Source: a virus
Taxonomy: Duplodnaviria; Caudoviricetes
Virus record (IMG/VR): IMGVR_UViG_3300028797_000093
DNA: 64,000 nucleotides
Direction: 5' to 3' (one strand)
This document shows positions 20,720-32,516 of the stretch, piece by piece. Within the stretch, counting starts at the first letter, position 1; every line of letters starts with the position of its first letter. Position numbers and translations under genes: made by a program. The notes beneath the pieces were generated by a model, which saw only the letters and a list, made by a program, of their open reading frames with translations, made no database searches and was not told the DNA's origin.

Positions 20720-23700
20720 ATGGCTTCTAAAGTTAAAGATATAGAAAGATCTCCAAAGGTAGCCGCTTTCATGAGAAAAGTAGGTAAATCTTTTAAGATC
20801 ATAGCTGCTGATGTTATTGAAAAGGAAAATCTAATTCCTAATACTAGAAAGCAGTTCAAGGTATATAATGATTATTTTAATGAAATGAAAATCAAAAGGA
20901 ATGAGAAGAGAGATCTCATTCAATCTGCTAGACAACTAAATAGAACCAGAGTATATGACTCTTCTAATAAATTCATGGAAAAGGCTTGGAGTGAATTAAG
21001 ATCCAATCCTATCTATGAACAAGAAAGAGAAGAATACTTTGAAGATGAAGAAGAAAAAGAGATCACCACAAGTGATCTAAATGAATCAATTCAGAATAGT
21101 GGAAAAGCCACATCAACGATGATTGGGCATGTTGGTGAGTACATTATCAGCAACATGCGAATTTCTGACAATTTACAGAAAAATAGTAGTCTGAAACTAT
21201 TGAATTCTGTCACTTCAGGATTCAAGATTACAACAAATTTCCTTGATAAGATTGAGAGTAATACATCTCAACTAAATGCTCATATGAGTAATAGTATGAC
21301 TTTCTATCAGAATATGCTGAATCTTCAGAAGCAATCTGTAGAAACTCTTATGAGCATGTATGAAAATCAGAATATTCTCAATACAAAGAATGATTATCAG
21401 CCTAATACAGATTTTGATAAAGTTTATGGTAAAGGATACTTCGACTTCGGAGAATACTTCAAAATAGTCGGAGCTAATATGTCCACTATGTTGTCTTCTA
21501 ATAATATGACTAGTGGACTTAAGTATAAGTTTATTGATCCTATTATGTCTACTGATCTTGCTAAATTGAAGACTAATCCTATAGAGACTATTCTTTCTCT
21601 TACAACAAGATTAGCTGTTCGTAATTTAGGAGCTGTAGAATCTCTCAGTACAAGAATTTCTGAGGGTATTGATAATTTCTTCCCTAATCTACTCAGTAGG
21701 ATTGCTAATCTTTCATCTTCTGATAATCCTATTATTAAGAAGATTATGAGTAATCCTATGGCTAGCAAGATTCTTGCTATCCTTGGTCTAAAAGTTGAAG
21801 AAAAGAAAACAATTGATACTGGTAAATATGATAAAGGACCTGTACCTTTTGACGGTGCAACTAGAAGAAGTATAGTAAAAGTAATTCCAGAATATCTGGC
21901 TAGCATAGAAGCTGCTCTTACAGGTAAAGAAGAGCGCTATATGGACGTAGAGTCTGGTAAATGGATTACTAAGACTAAACTAAAAGAGCGTAATAAAGAA
22001 CTCCTTGATACTGGTTTTAGAACTTCTACTAAAAATATCAGAGAGCAAATGGAAGCTTCTCTTCCAGAAGAAGCTCTTGAAGATAAAAGATATAAAGAAA
22101 CTATAGATACATTCCTCAGACAGAAATATAATATGGGTAGATTATCCATAAAAGATATTGCTGCTGGTGGTGTTGATAGAAAAGCTCTATATGATTTAGC
22201 AAGAAGTAATGGTATGACAGCTTCTGAAGCTATGAAGTTAGTGAAAACTCTAGATTCAGAAGGGGTCAAGGATGAAGCCATATCTTTTGCTTTTAAAACA
22301 AATAGAGCTAGAAATGAACAGAATAAAAGACTAGCCAATATTGAATCTATTGGTTATGATAATATAACACAAGAATTTGATGATAGTAATGAATTAGCTA
22401 GAGGTGGTAGAGTTAGAGGTCGTAGAGGTGAACCAACTCTGGCTATTATGACTGCTGGTGAAAAAGTAGTAAATACTTTTGGTCCTAGAGAAACAGCAGA
22501 AAATATTGCTAAAGAATCTGCATATGCCAGACAGTTGGGATTAACAGATGTACCTCAATTTGCTGAAGGTACTGGTGCTAATCCTATTAGATCTGCTAAA
22601 AACTTTGTCTCTAAAGCTTTTAATACTGGAAGAGAAAAGGTTAATGGGTTCATTGAGACTCTTAGATCAGACGATATGGCTGATTTAGTCCTAGAACTTG
22701 CTCCTAATGCAGATAAACAGAAAGTACAGACAATTCTAAATAAAACTGCTACAGCTATTCCTAGAGGATTAAAGGGTGCTGGTATTGGTGGACTTATTGG
22801 TTTCTTTACTGGTATGCCTCTTATTGGTATGGCTGTAGGTTCAGGTATAGGTATTGCTTCTGTAAGTGATACAGTTAAAAATCTTCTATTTGGTAAGGAT
22901 GAAAGTATCAATCCAGAGACTGGAGAACTAACTCCTGGTAAGAAGGGAATTATTCCTAAGTCTTGGGTTAATTTTGCTAAGAAAGCACTTCCTAATGCTA
23001 AAGCTGGAGGTATTATAGGTGGTGTCGCTGGTCTTCTGACTGGTGGAATTGGTATACTTCCTGCTGCTATTATAGGTGCTGGTGTTGGTACTGTTCTATC
23101 TTCTAATACAGTAAAAGAATTTTTATTTGGTAAGACCAATGCTGATGGTACTTTTGAAGATACTGGTCTTATTAAGAAGAAAGTACAAGACTATGTAAAA
23201 CAGAAAGCTCCAGGTATGGCTTTAGGTGCAGTCAGTGGAATGGTTTCCACTCTACTGGGTGTTGGACCTTTTGGCCTGCTTGGTAATGCTGTTCTTGGTG
23301 CTGGTACAAGTCTATTAGTTACTAGTGATAAATTTAAAGATTTCATGCTCGGTAAAGAGGATGAAAATGGTAAGAGATCTGGTGGTCTTCTTGGTGATCT
23401 TAAACTAAGAGTACTAGATCCTCTAGAAAAAGCAGGTAAAGAGCTTCTTGATGAAGCTAAGAAGTTCTTTAAAGTAAATGTATTTGATAATATTAAGAAG
23501 TTTCTTGGAACAGCTGGAGGTCTTATTACTAATACTATAGCCGATTTCAGATATATGATGGCTAATATGATGAGTAATGGATCTGTTCCTATAGATGAAA
23601 CTTTAGGCAGTTATACCAGAGGAGCTATTAATTTTGGAAAGAAAGTACTCACAGCACCAGTAAGACTAGCTGCTGGGATTGCTACTCTCCCCTTTAGAGC

Positions 23701-26700
23701 TCTAGGTGGAATTTCTAATAAAATTACTGATAGAATGATCTCCAGAGGCAATGCATCTAATATGACTGCTCAGGAGAGACTTAACTATCGTAGAACTAGA
23801 AAAGGTAGATTGGCAAGATATAGTGATAGATATGCAGAAGCTGATAAGACTCTAGCTAATGCATCTCTTGAAGATCTAAGAAAACTATATGTAGTATCAG
23901 ATCTAGGTGGTCCTAATATTGAAGGATTCACATCTACAGCAGCTGATATTATTCATAGATTTACAGATTTTCTTCTTAAGAATAATGAGCAGCTTCCTAT
24001 TAAAGAGAAGAATATTAGAATTCTACAGAAAGATCTTGCTCATGGAGACTCTGATGGGTTCTCTAAACATCTAAATTCTCTTAAGGAGCTTAACTCTACT
24101 CAGAAAGCTAGAATATATGATTATATTGATAATGATCTTGTAGTTCTACAAGAACTTAAAGACAAACAAGGAGATCTAAGAGCTTCTCAATCTAGAAGTA
24201 TAGATTATATCAAAAAGACCTTTGGTATCAAGGGTAAGTTTGATAGACTCCAGCTTAATAGATTTAATAGAAGCCTCAATAAGGAAATTAGTGCTAGAGA
24301 AGCTGCTGAAAAAGCAGAAGAAGATAAGACTAATATTATAGATCCTGAAGGAAATCAATATGAGAATGCTTTCAGGAATGTAGTATCTGAGAAACTAGAT
24401 AAACTGATTAGTCTTCTTAGTGATGAAGTAGAAAATACTGATCAAATTAAGAAAGACGCTCAGAAAACTGTAGAAGAAGAACAAACTGTAGCAGGTAGAG
24501 CTGGTTTAACGAGAGATGAGAATGGAAATCTCTCTGTTAGAGAAAATGCTAATGCTACAGCATCTCGTAATAGATTTAATTTTAGAAATAAAATTACAAA
24601 GTTTAGAGAAGATCTTAGAGACAGAAGAAGAACTATGAAGAACCATATTAAACTAGGATTTAGTTATGGTTGGGGTGCTTCTAGATATCTAATGCAAAAC
24701 GGGATTAATCTGGGAAATCTAGATCCTGCTCTTATTAAAACTTTAAAGAAACTTAATCTAAAGATCAATAGTAAAGATACTGCTACTCTTGAGTATATTA
24801 TTAAGTCTGAGAATAGAGATAAGCTGCTAGAGCTTATTGATATCATCAAGACTAAAGGACTATTTGATCTTAATTCTAATGATATAATAACTTTAGACGA
24901 ATATATTGAAAATAATAGAGAAAATTATAATAATATAGTAGAATTCTTTAATCTTGTATTTAAAAAAGGTAGATATAGATTAAGATCTAGTGGAGATTTA
25001 TATCTAATTCTAAATAAAGCTGATATTTCAAATAATGGATTAGGAAATTTAGATAGAAATCTTAAGTATTTTAAATTTACTGGAGAATATGATAACGCAG
25101 AATCTGTAATAAAATTTACAAATAATGATATTAAAGATCTTGATCCTAGTGAAGGAAACAGACTTGGTGCTACTATTAGATATGCTCCTAAGAAAATAGG
25201 AAAACTAATTAAATCTACTGGTAAAAAGCTAGCTATGACCAAAGCAGGCCAAGCCGTAATGAAGTTTGGTCAGCAAGCTCTATACGGTAGAGAAGAAAAG
25301 AAAGATGAAGTCACTGGTATTTTTGATTTTGTAAAAAATTATGGTATCGTTGGTGGCTTCAGAGCTCTATTTACCGGAGATGAAAACAGCAAGAATAAGT
25401 TCCTAAAGAATGGTGGTCTCTTTGGAGCTGTCAAGAGTGGAGCTAAGAATGTTGTAGGATTCTTCTTTGGTAAAGATAAAGATGGTGCAACTATATTCCA
25501 GAGACATGGTTTACTAGGATATATTCCTGCTGCTATCTTTGGAGATGAAAGATCTCCAGGTTTGCTTGGGAATACTCTTCTAGGTAAAGGTGTTAAAATA
25601 TTTGGTAAGATTCTTAAGGGTCTACTAATAGCTGCAGTTGCTGCTCCTATTGTAGGTCAAGCTGTACATTTCTTAAAAACAACTCTGAAACCTGTATGGG
25701 CTACTATTTTGCAGCCTTGGTGGAATGAGCATATTACTCAACCTCTCAAAGAGAAGTGGGAAGTTTTAAAGAAAACTCTCTTTGGAGAAAAGAAAGTTAA
25801 AGATGAAGATGGTAATACATACTATGAAGGTGGATTACTAAGTGGTCCTTTAAATGCACTTCATGGTCCTATTACTAAGATTAAAAATTTCTTTGATGGT
25901 GTTAAAACCAAATGGAATGAAGCAGAAGAAAAATCTGGTTCTAAAACCATTGGTGGTGTATTAAAGTATTTCTTTACCGGAGATGGAAAACTAGTAACCA
26001 GAGGATCAGATGGTCTTTGGTCTAGTAATAATTCCTTAATAGGAAATGCTCTTAAATTTATTCTAAATGGATATAAATACGTTGCTCAAGATATAGTAAC
26101 TCCAATTACTGGATTCTTTAAAAATAGTGTTCTTCCATGGATAGAAAATACTGCTGCTCCATGGTTATCCGGACTTCTTCAGACACTATTTCATAATATA
26201 AATCCATTAAATAATGATCATTGGGATGATTTTTCTAGTAGCACATTGATTACTCGTGGTGGAGGAGAAATAAATACACAACCTCCAACAGGAGATAAAA
26301 CAGATAATAATATTTCAATATATGATCCATCAAATTACTATTACGACACAGAACGTGGTGGAGTAATTGATAGTAGATCTGGAAGTTTTGTTAATAAAGA
26401 AGACAATCCAGAGATATATGAAGAATTTAATTATAACGGTTATAAAGTAGTAACTCCTGGATATGAAGGAACAATTATTAAGAAATATGCAAAGATAACT
26501 ATTACACCAGTCAATAATTATATTGATGCAAATTGTGATAATATTTATCATATTAAAGGCACTTATGGTAAGAAGAATACTGATAAGATAGATGCTTACT
26601 ATAAGAAAAATACTAAAAAGAAACTATATGTTCCAGCAGTAGCTGTATCGTTAATTGGTATTACAGCAGCTGAGCTAATAAATCCATTTAACGGTGTAGT

Positions 26701-29164
26701 AAATGCTGATAGATTAAATAATTTTGCTAAACTAATTACCGGAAAGAATTATCAAGGAAAACAAATATACTATTGCGTAAATAATGAAACCTATTATGTA
26801 AAGAATGATAAAGGTACAGAACTAGTAATTATTTCATCTTCTTTGGTAGAAGAAAACGGTGATCTAAACACCAGAAATACTGGTGGTAGATCAAGAAATC
26901 ATATCTACCAGAATGATCCTAAGATTAGAAATACTAGATTTGGTAAATCTACTATTGGAGATGCTGGATGTGGTCCTGTAGCTGCAGCCAATCTTATGGG
27001 TGGTGCTCTAGGATACGCTACAGATTATGCTCAAAAAGGTGGATTTGTCAATAATGATGGTTCTACATCTATAAATTATTTCACCTCAATGTTTAATGGT
27101 AAGAATACTACCAGTAAAGAAGAGGTTAAGAATAGACTAAAGAGTAATAAACCTGTTGTACTCCTTGGTAAGGATGAAAGTGATGGTGTCTATGGTTCCA
27201 ATAATCACTTTGTAACTGCTAAGGGTTACGATAAGAGTGGTAATATTGTAGTAGAAGATCCTGATCTTCCTCAATCTTCTATGAGATATCCTGCTAATAA
27301 AGTTCTTAAAGGAATGAAAGCAGCATCTCTTATTGGTGGTAAGAGAAGACAGGATGAACATAAGTTTGTTAATATTGAAGGAGATGAAGCAACTCCTACA
27401 GGAAATATAGGAAGTAAAAGTAATCTCCCATCTACACAAACTTCTTCTTACGATATTGGTTATACTGGTAGTGATACCAGTACAGGATCTAGTGATACTA
27501 CTAATACTATATCTAGCATTTTTACAAAGCTTGGCAATCTTGCTAGTTTAATATTTAAGAAAACATTTGGTATCACCTGGAATGATATTACTGGATCTAC
27601 TGATACTGGTGGTAGTACTACTGTAGGTTCAGGATCTACTCTTTTGGGTGATAATCTTACTAGAGAAGCTGTTGCTAAAGGTAGCCAGAGAGATAGGATT
27701 ACACAAATAGCTCTATCTCAAGTAGGTTATAAAGAAGGCAGTAATAATAATACTAAATATGGTAAATGGTATGGTTATAATAATAATCCATGGTGTTTGA
27801 TGTTTATTTGTTGGTGTGCTAATCAAGCTAATATCCCTCAAGATATTATTCCAAAGATAGCATCTACAACATCTATGGTAGATTGGTATACTAGTAGAAA
27901 CAGATTTTTCAACAGAGAAATGTATGTTCCTCAAGCTGGAGATCTAGTATTCTTTACAGATAACGGTATGAAATCAGGACTCTATCATACTGGTCTTGTT
28001 GTTGGACTTGCTGGAGCTACTCTATATACAGTTGAGGGAAACTATTCTAATTCTGTTGTAAAAAGAGAATATACTAATTATCTGACTAATAGTAAAATAT
28101 ATGGATTTGCATCTCCTAATTATAAGGATGATAATAAACAAGTTTCTTTCACTGTAGATGATGGTTCTTCTGGTTCTGGTAATGAAGGATCTGTAAGTGT
28201 ATCTCCTGATAAAGAAACTATATGGAAATTCCTGAGAAACAAAGCAGGTCTCTCTCCTGTTGGAGCTTCTGGACTGTTTGGTGCTTGGGAAGCAGAAAGT
28301 GGTTTAAAACCTAAGAGAGTAGAATATGATTATTCAAAGAAATTCCCTGGTTATGATGCTATGAATAATCATGATACTATGAATAATTTCACAAAGAATG
28401 TACTGTTTAAGCAATATGATTCTCAAGGACTTAGATATAATGCTAATGCATATTATGGATCTGATGGAAATCTATATCCTGGTCTTGGACTAGCTCAATG
28501 GACAGGTCCTAGAGGACAGTCTCTATATGAGTATACTAAGAAAAATGGATATAATTCTATCTTTGATACTGATGCTCAGCTAAATTATGCTAAGTCTGAG
28601 TTTGATAAGAGTTATCCTAACCTTATAGGAAAACTTAATAATGCTGCTACACCTGAAGATGCTGCTAAGGTTGCTCTAGATGGTTATGAGATGTATAGTG
28701 GATTTGCTGATAAGCGTCCTGATATACTTGCTCCCAGAGCTAAGAATGCTAGAGCATACTATGAACAGTATAAGGGTCTTGGTAGAGATGATAGAGAAGA
28801 GATATATAATAATCCTATAGCATATGGTCCTGAGAAAGTAGTAACTGCTCAGGCCAGAGATGAAGGTTCTTATGTATCTTATGATGAGTATTTGGAGACT
28901 ATTGTTAAGATTCTTCTTACAATCTCCGATAACACTAATGCTGTTAATACTATTCTTGATATTATGAATAAAGAAGGAGCTAATCTTAGTGCTAAAGCTA
29001 GAGAAGATATCTCTAATGCAGTAAAATCTAGCTCCAGTATCCAGAATCTTAAAGATTCATTGAAAAATAGTATGTCTGGTAGGAGTACTGGTATATCTTC
29101 TATGATTGGTAACTCCAGAACAGACTTAATTATTAAAACAATGAAAGAAATAGCTTCACAGTAA
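20720..29164 (+). CDS. Giant tail protein (tape-measure-like) with C39-like peptidase, CHAP and tail-lysozyme domains
   Basis: Gly-rich hydrophobic repeats; GCGPVAAA...NHFV; PWCLMFICWC...HTGLV...TVEGN; WEAESGL...GLAQWT..R. Confidence 0.85.
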   Translation: MASKVKDIERSPKVAAFMRKVGKSFKIIAADVIEKENLIPNTRKQFKVYNDYFNEMKIKRNEKRDLIQSARQLNRTRVYDSSNKFMEKAWSELRSNPIYEQEREEYFEDEEEKEITTSDLNESIQNSGKATSTMIGHVGEYIISNMRISDNLQKNSSLKLLNSVTSGFKITTNFLDKIESNTSQLNAHMSNSMTFYQNMLNLQKQSVETLMSMYENQNILNTKNDYQPNTDFDKVYGKGYFDFGEYFKIVGANMSTMLSSNNMTSGLKYKFIDPIMSTDLAKLKTNPIETILSLTTRLAVRNLGAVESLSTRISEGIDNFFPNLLSRIANLSSSDNPIIKKIMSNPMASKILAILGLKVEEKKTIDTGKYDKGPVPFDGATRRSIVKVIPEYLASIEAALTGKEERYMDVESGKWITKTKLKERNKELLDTGFRTSTKNIREQMEASLPEEALEDKRYKETIDTFLRQKYNMGRLSIKDIAAGGVDRKALYDLARSNGMTASEAMKLVKTLDSEGVKDEAISFAFKTNRARNEQNKRLANIESIGYDNITQEFDDSNELARGGRVRGRRGEPTLAIMTAGEKVVNTFGPRETAENIAKESAYARQLGLTDVPQFAEGTGANPIRSAKNFVSKAFNTGREKVNGFIETLRSDDMADLVLELAPNADKQKVQTILNKTATAIPRGLKGAGIGGLIGFFTGMPLIGMAVGSGIGIASVSDTVKNLLFGKDESINPETGELTPGKKGIIPKSWVNFAKKALPNAKAGGIIGGVAGLLTGGIGILPAAIIGAGVGTVLSSNTVKEFLFGKTNADGTFEDTGLIKKKVQDYVKQKAPGMALGAVSGMVSTLLGVGPFGLLGNAVLGAGTSLLVTSDKFKDFMLGKEDENGKRSGGLLGDLKLRVLDPLEKAGKELLDEAKKFFKVNVFDNIKKFLGTAGGLITNTIADFRYMMANMMSNGSVPIDETLGSYTRGAINFGKKVLTAPVRLAAGIATLPFRALGGISNKITDRMISRGNASNMTAQERLNYRRTRKGRLARYSDRYAEADKTLANASLEDLRKLYVVSDLGGPNIEGFTSTAADIIHRFTDFLLKNNEQLPIKEKNIRILQKDLAHGDSDGFSKHLNSLKELNSTQKARIYDYIDNDLVVLQELKDKQGDLRASQSRSIDYIKKTFGIKGKFDRLQLNRFNRSLNKEISAREAAEKAEEDKTNIIDPEGNQYENAFRNVVSEKLDKLISLLSDEVENTDQIKKDAQKTVEEEQTVAGRAGLTRDENGNLSVRENANATASRNRFNFRNKITKFREDLRDRRRTMKNHIKLGFSYGWGASRYLMQNGINLGNLDPALIKTLKKLNLKINSKDTATLEYIIKSENRDKLLELIDIIKTKGLFDLNSNDIITLDEYIENNRENYNNIVEFFNLVFKKGRYRLRSSGDLYLILNKADISNNGLGNLDRNLKYFKFTGEYDNAESVIKFTNNDIKDLDPSEGNRLGATIRYAPKKIGKLIKSTGKKLAMTKAGQAVMKFGQQALYGREEKKDEVTGIFDFVKNYGIVGGFRALFTGDENSKNKFLKNGGLFGAVKSGAKNVVGFFFGKDKDGATIFQRHGLLGYIPAAIFGDERSPGLLGNTLLGKGVKIFGKILKGLLIAAVAAPIVGQAVHFLKTTLKPVWATILQPWWNEHITQPLKEKWEVLKKTLFGEKKVKDEDGNTYYEGGLLSGPLNALHGPITKIKNFFDGVKTKWNEAEEKSGSKTIGGVLKYFFTGDGKLVTRGSDGLWSSNNSLIGNALKFILNGYKYVAQDIVTPITGFFKNSVLPWIENTAAPWLSGLLQTLFHNINPLNNDHWDDFSSSTLITRGGGEINTQPPTGDKTDNNISIYDPSNYYYDTERGGVIDSRSGSFVNKEDNPEIYEEFNYNGYKVVTPGYEGTIIKKYAKITITPVNNYIDANCDNIYHIKGTYGKKNTDKIDAYYKKNTKKKLYVPAVAVSLIGITAAELINPFNGVVNADRLNNFAKLITGKNYQGKQIYYCVNNETYYVKNDKGTELVIISSSLVEENGDLNTRNTGGRSRNHIYQNDPKIRNTRFGKSTIGDAGCGPVAAANLMGGALGYATDYAQKGGFVNNDGSTSINYFTSMFNGKNTTSKEEVKNRLKSNKPVVLLGKDESDGVYGSNNHFVTAKGYDKSGNIVVEDPDLPQSSMRYPANKVLKGMKAASLIGGKRRQDEHKFVNIEGDEATPTGNIGSKSNLPSTQTSSYDIGYTGSDTSTGSSDTTNTISSIFTKLGNLASLIFKKTFGITWNDITGSTDTGGSTTVGSGSTLLGDNLTREAVAKGSQRDRITQIALSQVGYKEGSNNNTKYGKWYGYNNNPWCLMFICWCANQANIPQDIIPKIASTTSMVDWYTSRNRFFNREMYVPQAGDLVFFTDNGMKSGLYHTGLVVGLAGATLYTVEGNYSNSVVKREYTNYLTNSKIYGFASPNYKDDNKQVSFTVDDGSSGSGNEGSVSVSPDKETIWKFLRNKAGLSPVGASGLFGAWEAESGLKPKRVEYDYSKKFPGYDAMNNHDTMNNFTKNVLFKQYDSQGLRYNANAYYGSDGNLYPGLGLAQWTGPRGQSLYEYTKKNGYNSIFDTDAQLNYAKSEFDKSYPNLIGKLNNAATPEDAAKVALDGYEMYSGFADKRPDILAPRAKNARAYYEQYKGLGRDDREEIYNNPIAYGPEKVVTAQARDEGSYVSYDEYLETIVKILLTISDNTNAVNTILDIMNKEGANLSAKAREDISNAVKSSSSIQNLKDSLKNSMSGRSTGISSMIGNSRTDLIIKTMKEIASQ

Positions 29165-29265
29165 TAATTAACGTAATAAAGTTGAGTAGGTTCATTTTTG
29201 AGCCTACTCAACTATATATTAAATAAATACAAGTCTTTCTAAGATAATAGAGAGGTGATTATATA

Positions 29266-31152
29266 ATGGCATATAAGTCTAAGCAATTGATTAGTAATGA
29301 GATTCCTGTTACTTCTGATGGGACTTCTATGGGTCCAGCTCATCAATTATATAAAAATGCAGTTGTATATGTAAATGCTGATATGAGTGGTAGTAAGCTT
29401 ATCAATGGTATCACTCATTATTTTGTATATACATATGGTAGAACATCAGATGGTTATATAGATTCACGAAATCTAAAAGAACCAGAAGATATCAATACCA
29501 ATATGTATCCAAGTACATCTACAAATCTTCCAAGTGGATATCAAACTGCAACTGAAAGAGCAAATCAAGCTCAATCTATTAATAGCTATAGTGATGATCT
29601 TGGTGAAATAGATCAATGGGCAGCTTCTGAATATGCTTATCTTAGTAATGGTATAGAAATAGAATACGATGTAAGTAATATCAGAGCTGCTATGGCTATA
29701 TTTGGACTACCTTATCAGTTTCTACCACATGTAGATATGAGAATGTCTGCTGTAAATGCTACAAGTGGTATGGGAAATGTATATGGTGATGCTCTAAGAA
29801 TTAATAATGGTTTAAGACCATCTTCTGATCTAGTATCTGAAGCAGATGAGTTAGGTCTTGGATATAGATGGATGTATAATATCTATGATAAGATGCCTCT
29901 TCTACTTATGACTCCTGGTAAAGCAAATTTCCTCAATAAATATACTCATGAGGAAAGAGAAAGTGTTGTAACCATGCTAGCTTCTGCTTTCCAGAGTGGA
30001 GCTGATAATGCTGGTGCTCTTTCTGATGTATTTGAAAAAGAAGGAAGATATTATGAATTCAATGCAGATCTTGCTACTTATTATCACTACGTAAATCCTA
30101 TGTGCAGAGCTGCTGCTATGTTTTTAGGTATTGGAGATAAGACTATAGATGACACTATGACAGGTGCTGGAACTCCTCTAAAGAAGGCATCATGGGATAG
30201 CTTTACATCTACTAGACTAAAATCATTCCAAGATCTAGGATCTACTGGTTTTATTGGATTTTATATTGACACTCCTAGTGAGATTAGAGAGTCTTTTGGA
30301 AACCAGACCAGTGAGAGTAGTCTAAAAGGAATGGCAGACTCTATATCTGAACAAGGTAAAGAATTAAATTTCCTATTTGGATATGGCGCATCTGCTCTTG
30401 ATATCAATGATACTGAGATATCTAATTCTATTGCTGAATTGGCTAATGATATTTCAAGATTGACTTCTAAGAATAATATACTTAATAGTATTACTAAACA
30501 TCTACAAACTGTTGCTTCAGGTGGTAGATTGGTATTTCCAGAGATTTGGTCTAACTCTAGCTTTGATAAGTCATATAATATAGATATTAAGCTAGTATCT
30601 CCTGATGCTGATAAACTTAGTATATATCTAAATATCATTGTTCCTCTTATGCATCTTATTGGTCTTGTTGCACCTCGTACTAAAGGAAAGAATACAGGTG
30701 GTATGAATCAGAATGCTTACTTCCAACCTTTCCTGGTTAGAGCTGTTTATAAGAGCATGTTCTCTGTAGATACAGGTATTATTACTTCTATGGATATCAG
30801 TAAAGGTGATGAAGGAAGATGGACTCCTGATGGTCTTCCTACTTCTGTTACTGTATCTTTTACTATTAAAGATCTCTATCAGGTAATGTCTATTTCACCT
30901 ACAGAGTATCTAGAAGGTGGTATGCTTACAGGTGTTGGTAGTGACACTTATTGCAATACTACTCTCATGGATTATATAGGAACTCTCTGTGGTGTAAATA
31001 TCTTTGAGCCTGATGTTAAGAGAGCTGTAGATATGTGGTATATGATGAATCTTGGTAATTCTGTTAATGATATCATCAAAACAGATGTCTTCACTGGAAT
31101 ACAAAACAGCATACAGAATGTTGTTCAATCCTGGTGGAGAGGTGGATATTAA
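29266..31152 (+). CDS. Putative virion/baseplate structural protein
   Basis: Follows the tail protein; C-terminal FPEIW...YNIDIKL...GIITSMDI...LPTSVTVSFTIKDL is tube/baseplate-like. Confidence 0.6.
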   Translation: MAYKSKQLISNEIPVTSDGTSMGPAHQLYKNAVVYVNADMSGSKLINGITHYFVYTYGRTSDGYIDSRNLKEPEDINTNMYPSTSTNLPSGYQTATERANQAQSINSYSDDLGEIDQWAASEYAYLSNGIEIEYDVSNIRAAMAIFGLPYQFLPHVDMRMSAVNATSGMGNVYGDALRINNGLRPSSDLVSEADELGLGYRWMYNIYDKMPLLLMTPGKANFLNKYTHEERESVVTMLASAFQSGADNAGALSDVFEKEGRYYEFNADLATYYHYVNPMCRAAAMFLGIGDKTIDDTMTGAGTPLKKASWDSFTSTRLKSFQDLGSTGFIGFYIDTPSEIRESFGNQTSESSLKGMADSISEQGKELNFLFGYGASALDINDTEISNSIAELANDISRLTSKNNILNSITKHLQTVASGGRLVFPEIWSNSSFDKSYNIDIKLVSPDADKLSIYLNIIVPLMHLIGLVAPRTKGKNTGGMNQNAYFQPFLVRAVYKSMFSVDTGIITSMDISKGDEGRWTPDGLPTSVTVSFTIKDLYQVMSISPTEYLEGGMLTGVGSDTYCNTTLMDYIGTLCGVNIFEPDVKRAVDMWYMMNLGNSVNDIIKTDVFTGIQNSIQNVVQSWWRGGY

Positions 31153-31238
31153 TTATTTAATTAATCCTAAACAGTTTAATAAAGGATACAGGAATTATCC
31201 TGTGTCCTTTATTTTTAGTATACAATGGAGTTTAATAT

Positions 31239-31967
31239 ATGAGTAGATACAAACGGAGAACAAGAAAAACAAAACAAAATGAGTATGAAAGAAAATACTC
31301 TGGTATTCCTCTAGATTATAATGAGAGACTATCCTGGTTATATGATGAGCTTAATATAACTCCTAAAGATGAACAGGATATTCTCATAAAGAGGAATTAT
31401 CTTATATCAAATCTATTCTATTATGATTTTAATGTTATTCTAAATGAAATACCTGAGGGAACTCCTAGACCTAGATTTAGAATAACGAGAGGAAACTATG
31501 GAAGCATGGCTGCAAGTTTCCCTGGATTTGTAAGAGTATACTCTCTTACAGGTAAGGAAGATCAAGTATTTATGCAGAGACTCATAGGAGATGATTTAGT
31601 TCAACTTGATAAACTCATATCTACTGCATGTAATATAGACATCTGTACCTTCACAGAAACTCCTAAAGGATTTAATAAAGCAGATAAGATACTATCAGAG
31701 ATAGGTCTTATACGTCCTTTACAAAAACCAGACTGGGATAATATAGAAAAGAAATATTCAGATATGTTTAACTCTAATATATGGCTTGATGATACTCTTG
31801 TAATAGATGGATCTATACATAAGTATTATTCTGTACTTCCTAGAGTTGAAATTAGAATTAAGTATCTGAATATGGTATATAATAAATACCAATATGACAA
31901 AATACTCCCAAGAATAATAAAAGAAACTGGAGATGAAAACTCTACTCTCCAGATGCCTCTGTATTAA
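31239..31967 (+). CDS. rusA: RusA-like Holliday junction resolvase
   Basis: PRPR, KPDWDNIEK and WLDDTLVID motifs. Confidence 0.8.
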   Translation: MSRYKRRTRKTKQNEYERKYSGIPLDYNERLSWLYDELNITPKDEQDILIKRNYLISNLFYYDFNVILNEIPEGTPRPRFRITRGNYGSMAASFPGFVRVYSLTGKEDQVFMQRLIGDDLVQLDKLISTACNIDICTFTETPKGFNKADKILSEIGLIRPLQKPDWDNIEKKYSDMFNSNIWLDDTLVIDGSIHKYYSVLPRVEIRIKYLNMVYNKYQYDKILPRIIKETGDENSTLQMPLY

Positions 31968-31991
31968 TAAGACTATAAGGAGTGATAATCA

Positions 31992-32468
31992 ATGTATTTT
32001 ACATTACCATCACCTGTTAATATAAATAAAACTGTATATAATGAACAAAACTTGAAATCTGATAATGATATGTATACTTTTGGAAATATTAGAGTGTTGT
32101 TCCATAATACTATCTATAATGATAGTTTATGTATTACTACTCTAACTTCTTATATTCAAAAATATATAGATTGTATATCAATAGAATATAATAATGAGAG
32201 AAAAGCTTATTATATTAAGATTAAAAAAACTACTATGAAGAAACTCTCTAAGTTTGAAAACTCTTCAAATTATTATTATGGAACTATAGATAAAGTATTT
32301 AGAGAGTTTATCACAGAGAATCCTAATATTATTATAAATGCTTTCTCTAATTATGGAGAACCTAATCCTTCTAATTTGTATGCTTATCTATATAATAATA
32401 TGGATAAGATCATTCTATTATGTAATATAGTTTGCACAGGTAGTAATTATCTGACTATATATCTATAA
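31992..32468 (+). CDS. Hypothetical protein (158 aa)
   Basis: AAGGAG RBS; terminator after stop. Confidence 0.7.
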   Translation: MYFTLPSPVNINKTVYNEQNLKSDNDMYTFGNIRVLFHNTIYNDSLCITTLTSYIQKYIDCISIEYNNERKAYYIKIKKTTMKKLSKFENSSNYYYGTIDKVFREFITENPNIIINAFSNYGEPNPSNLYAYLYNNMDKIILLCNIVCTGSNYLTIYL

Positions 32469-32516
32469 ATAAAAATCCCATGTAGTCATAATAGACTACA
32501 TGGGATATTCTTTTAA

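Noticed and set aside
21424-29211. Minus-strand ORFs within the giant tail gene, and similar antisense ORFs such as 50971-51597
   Set aside because: Antisense shadows of long coding genes, with no RBS or recognisable motifs.
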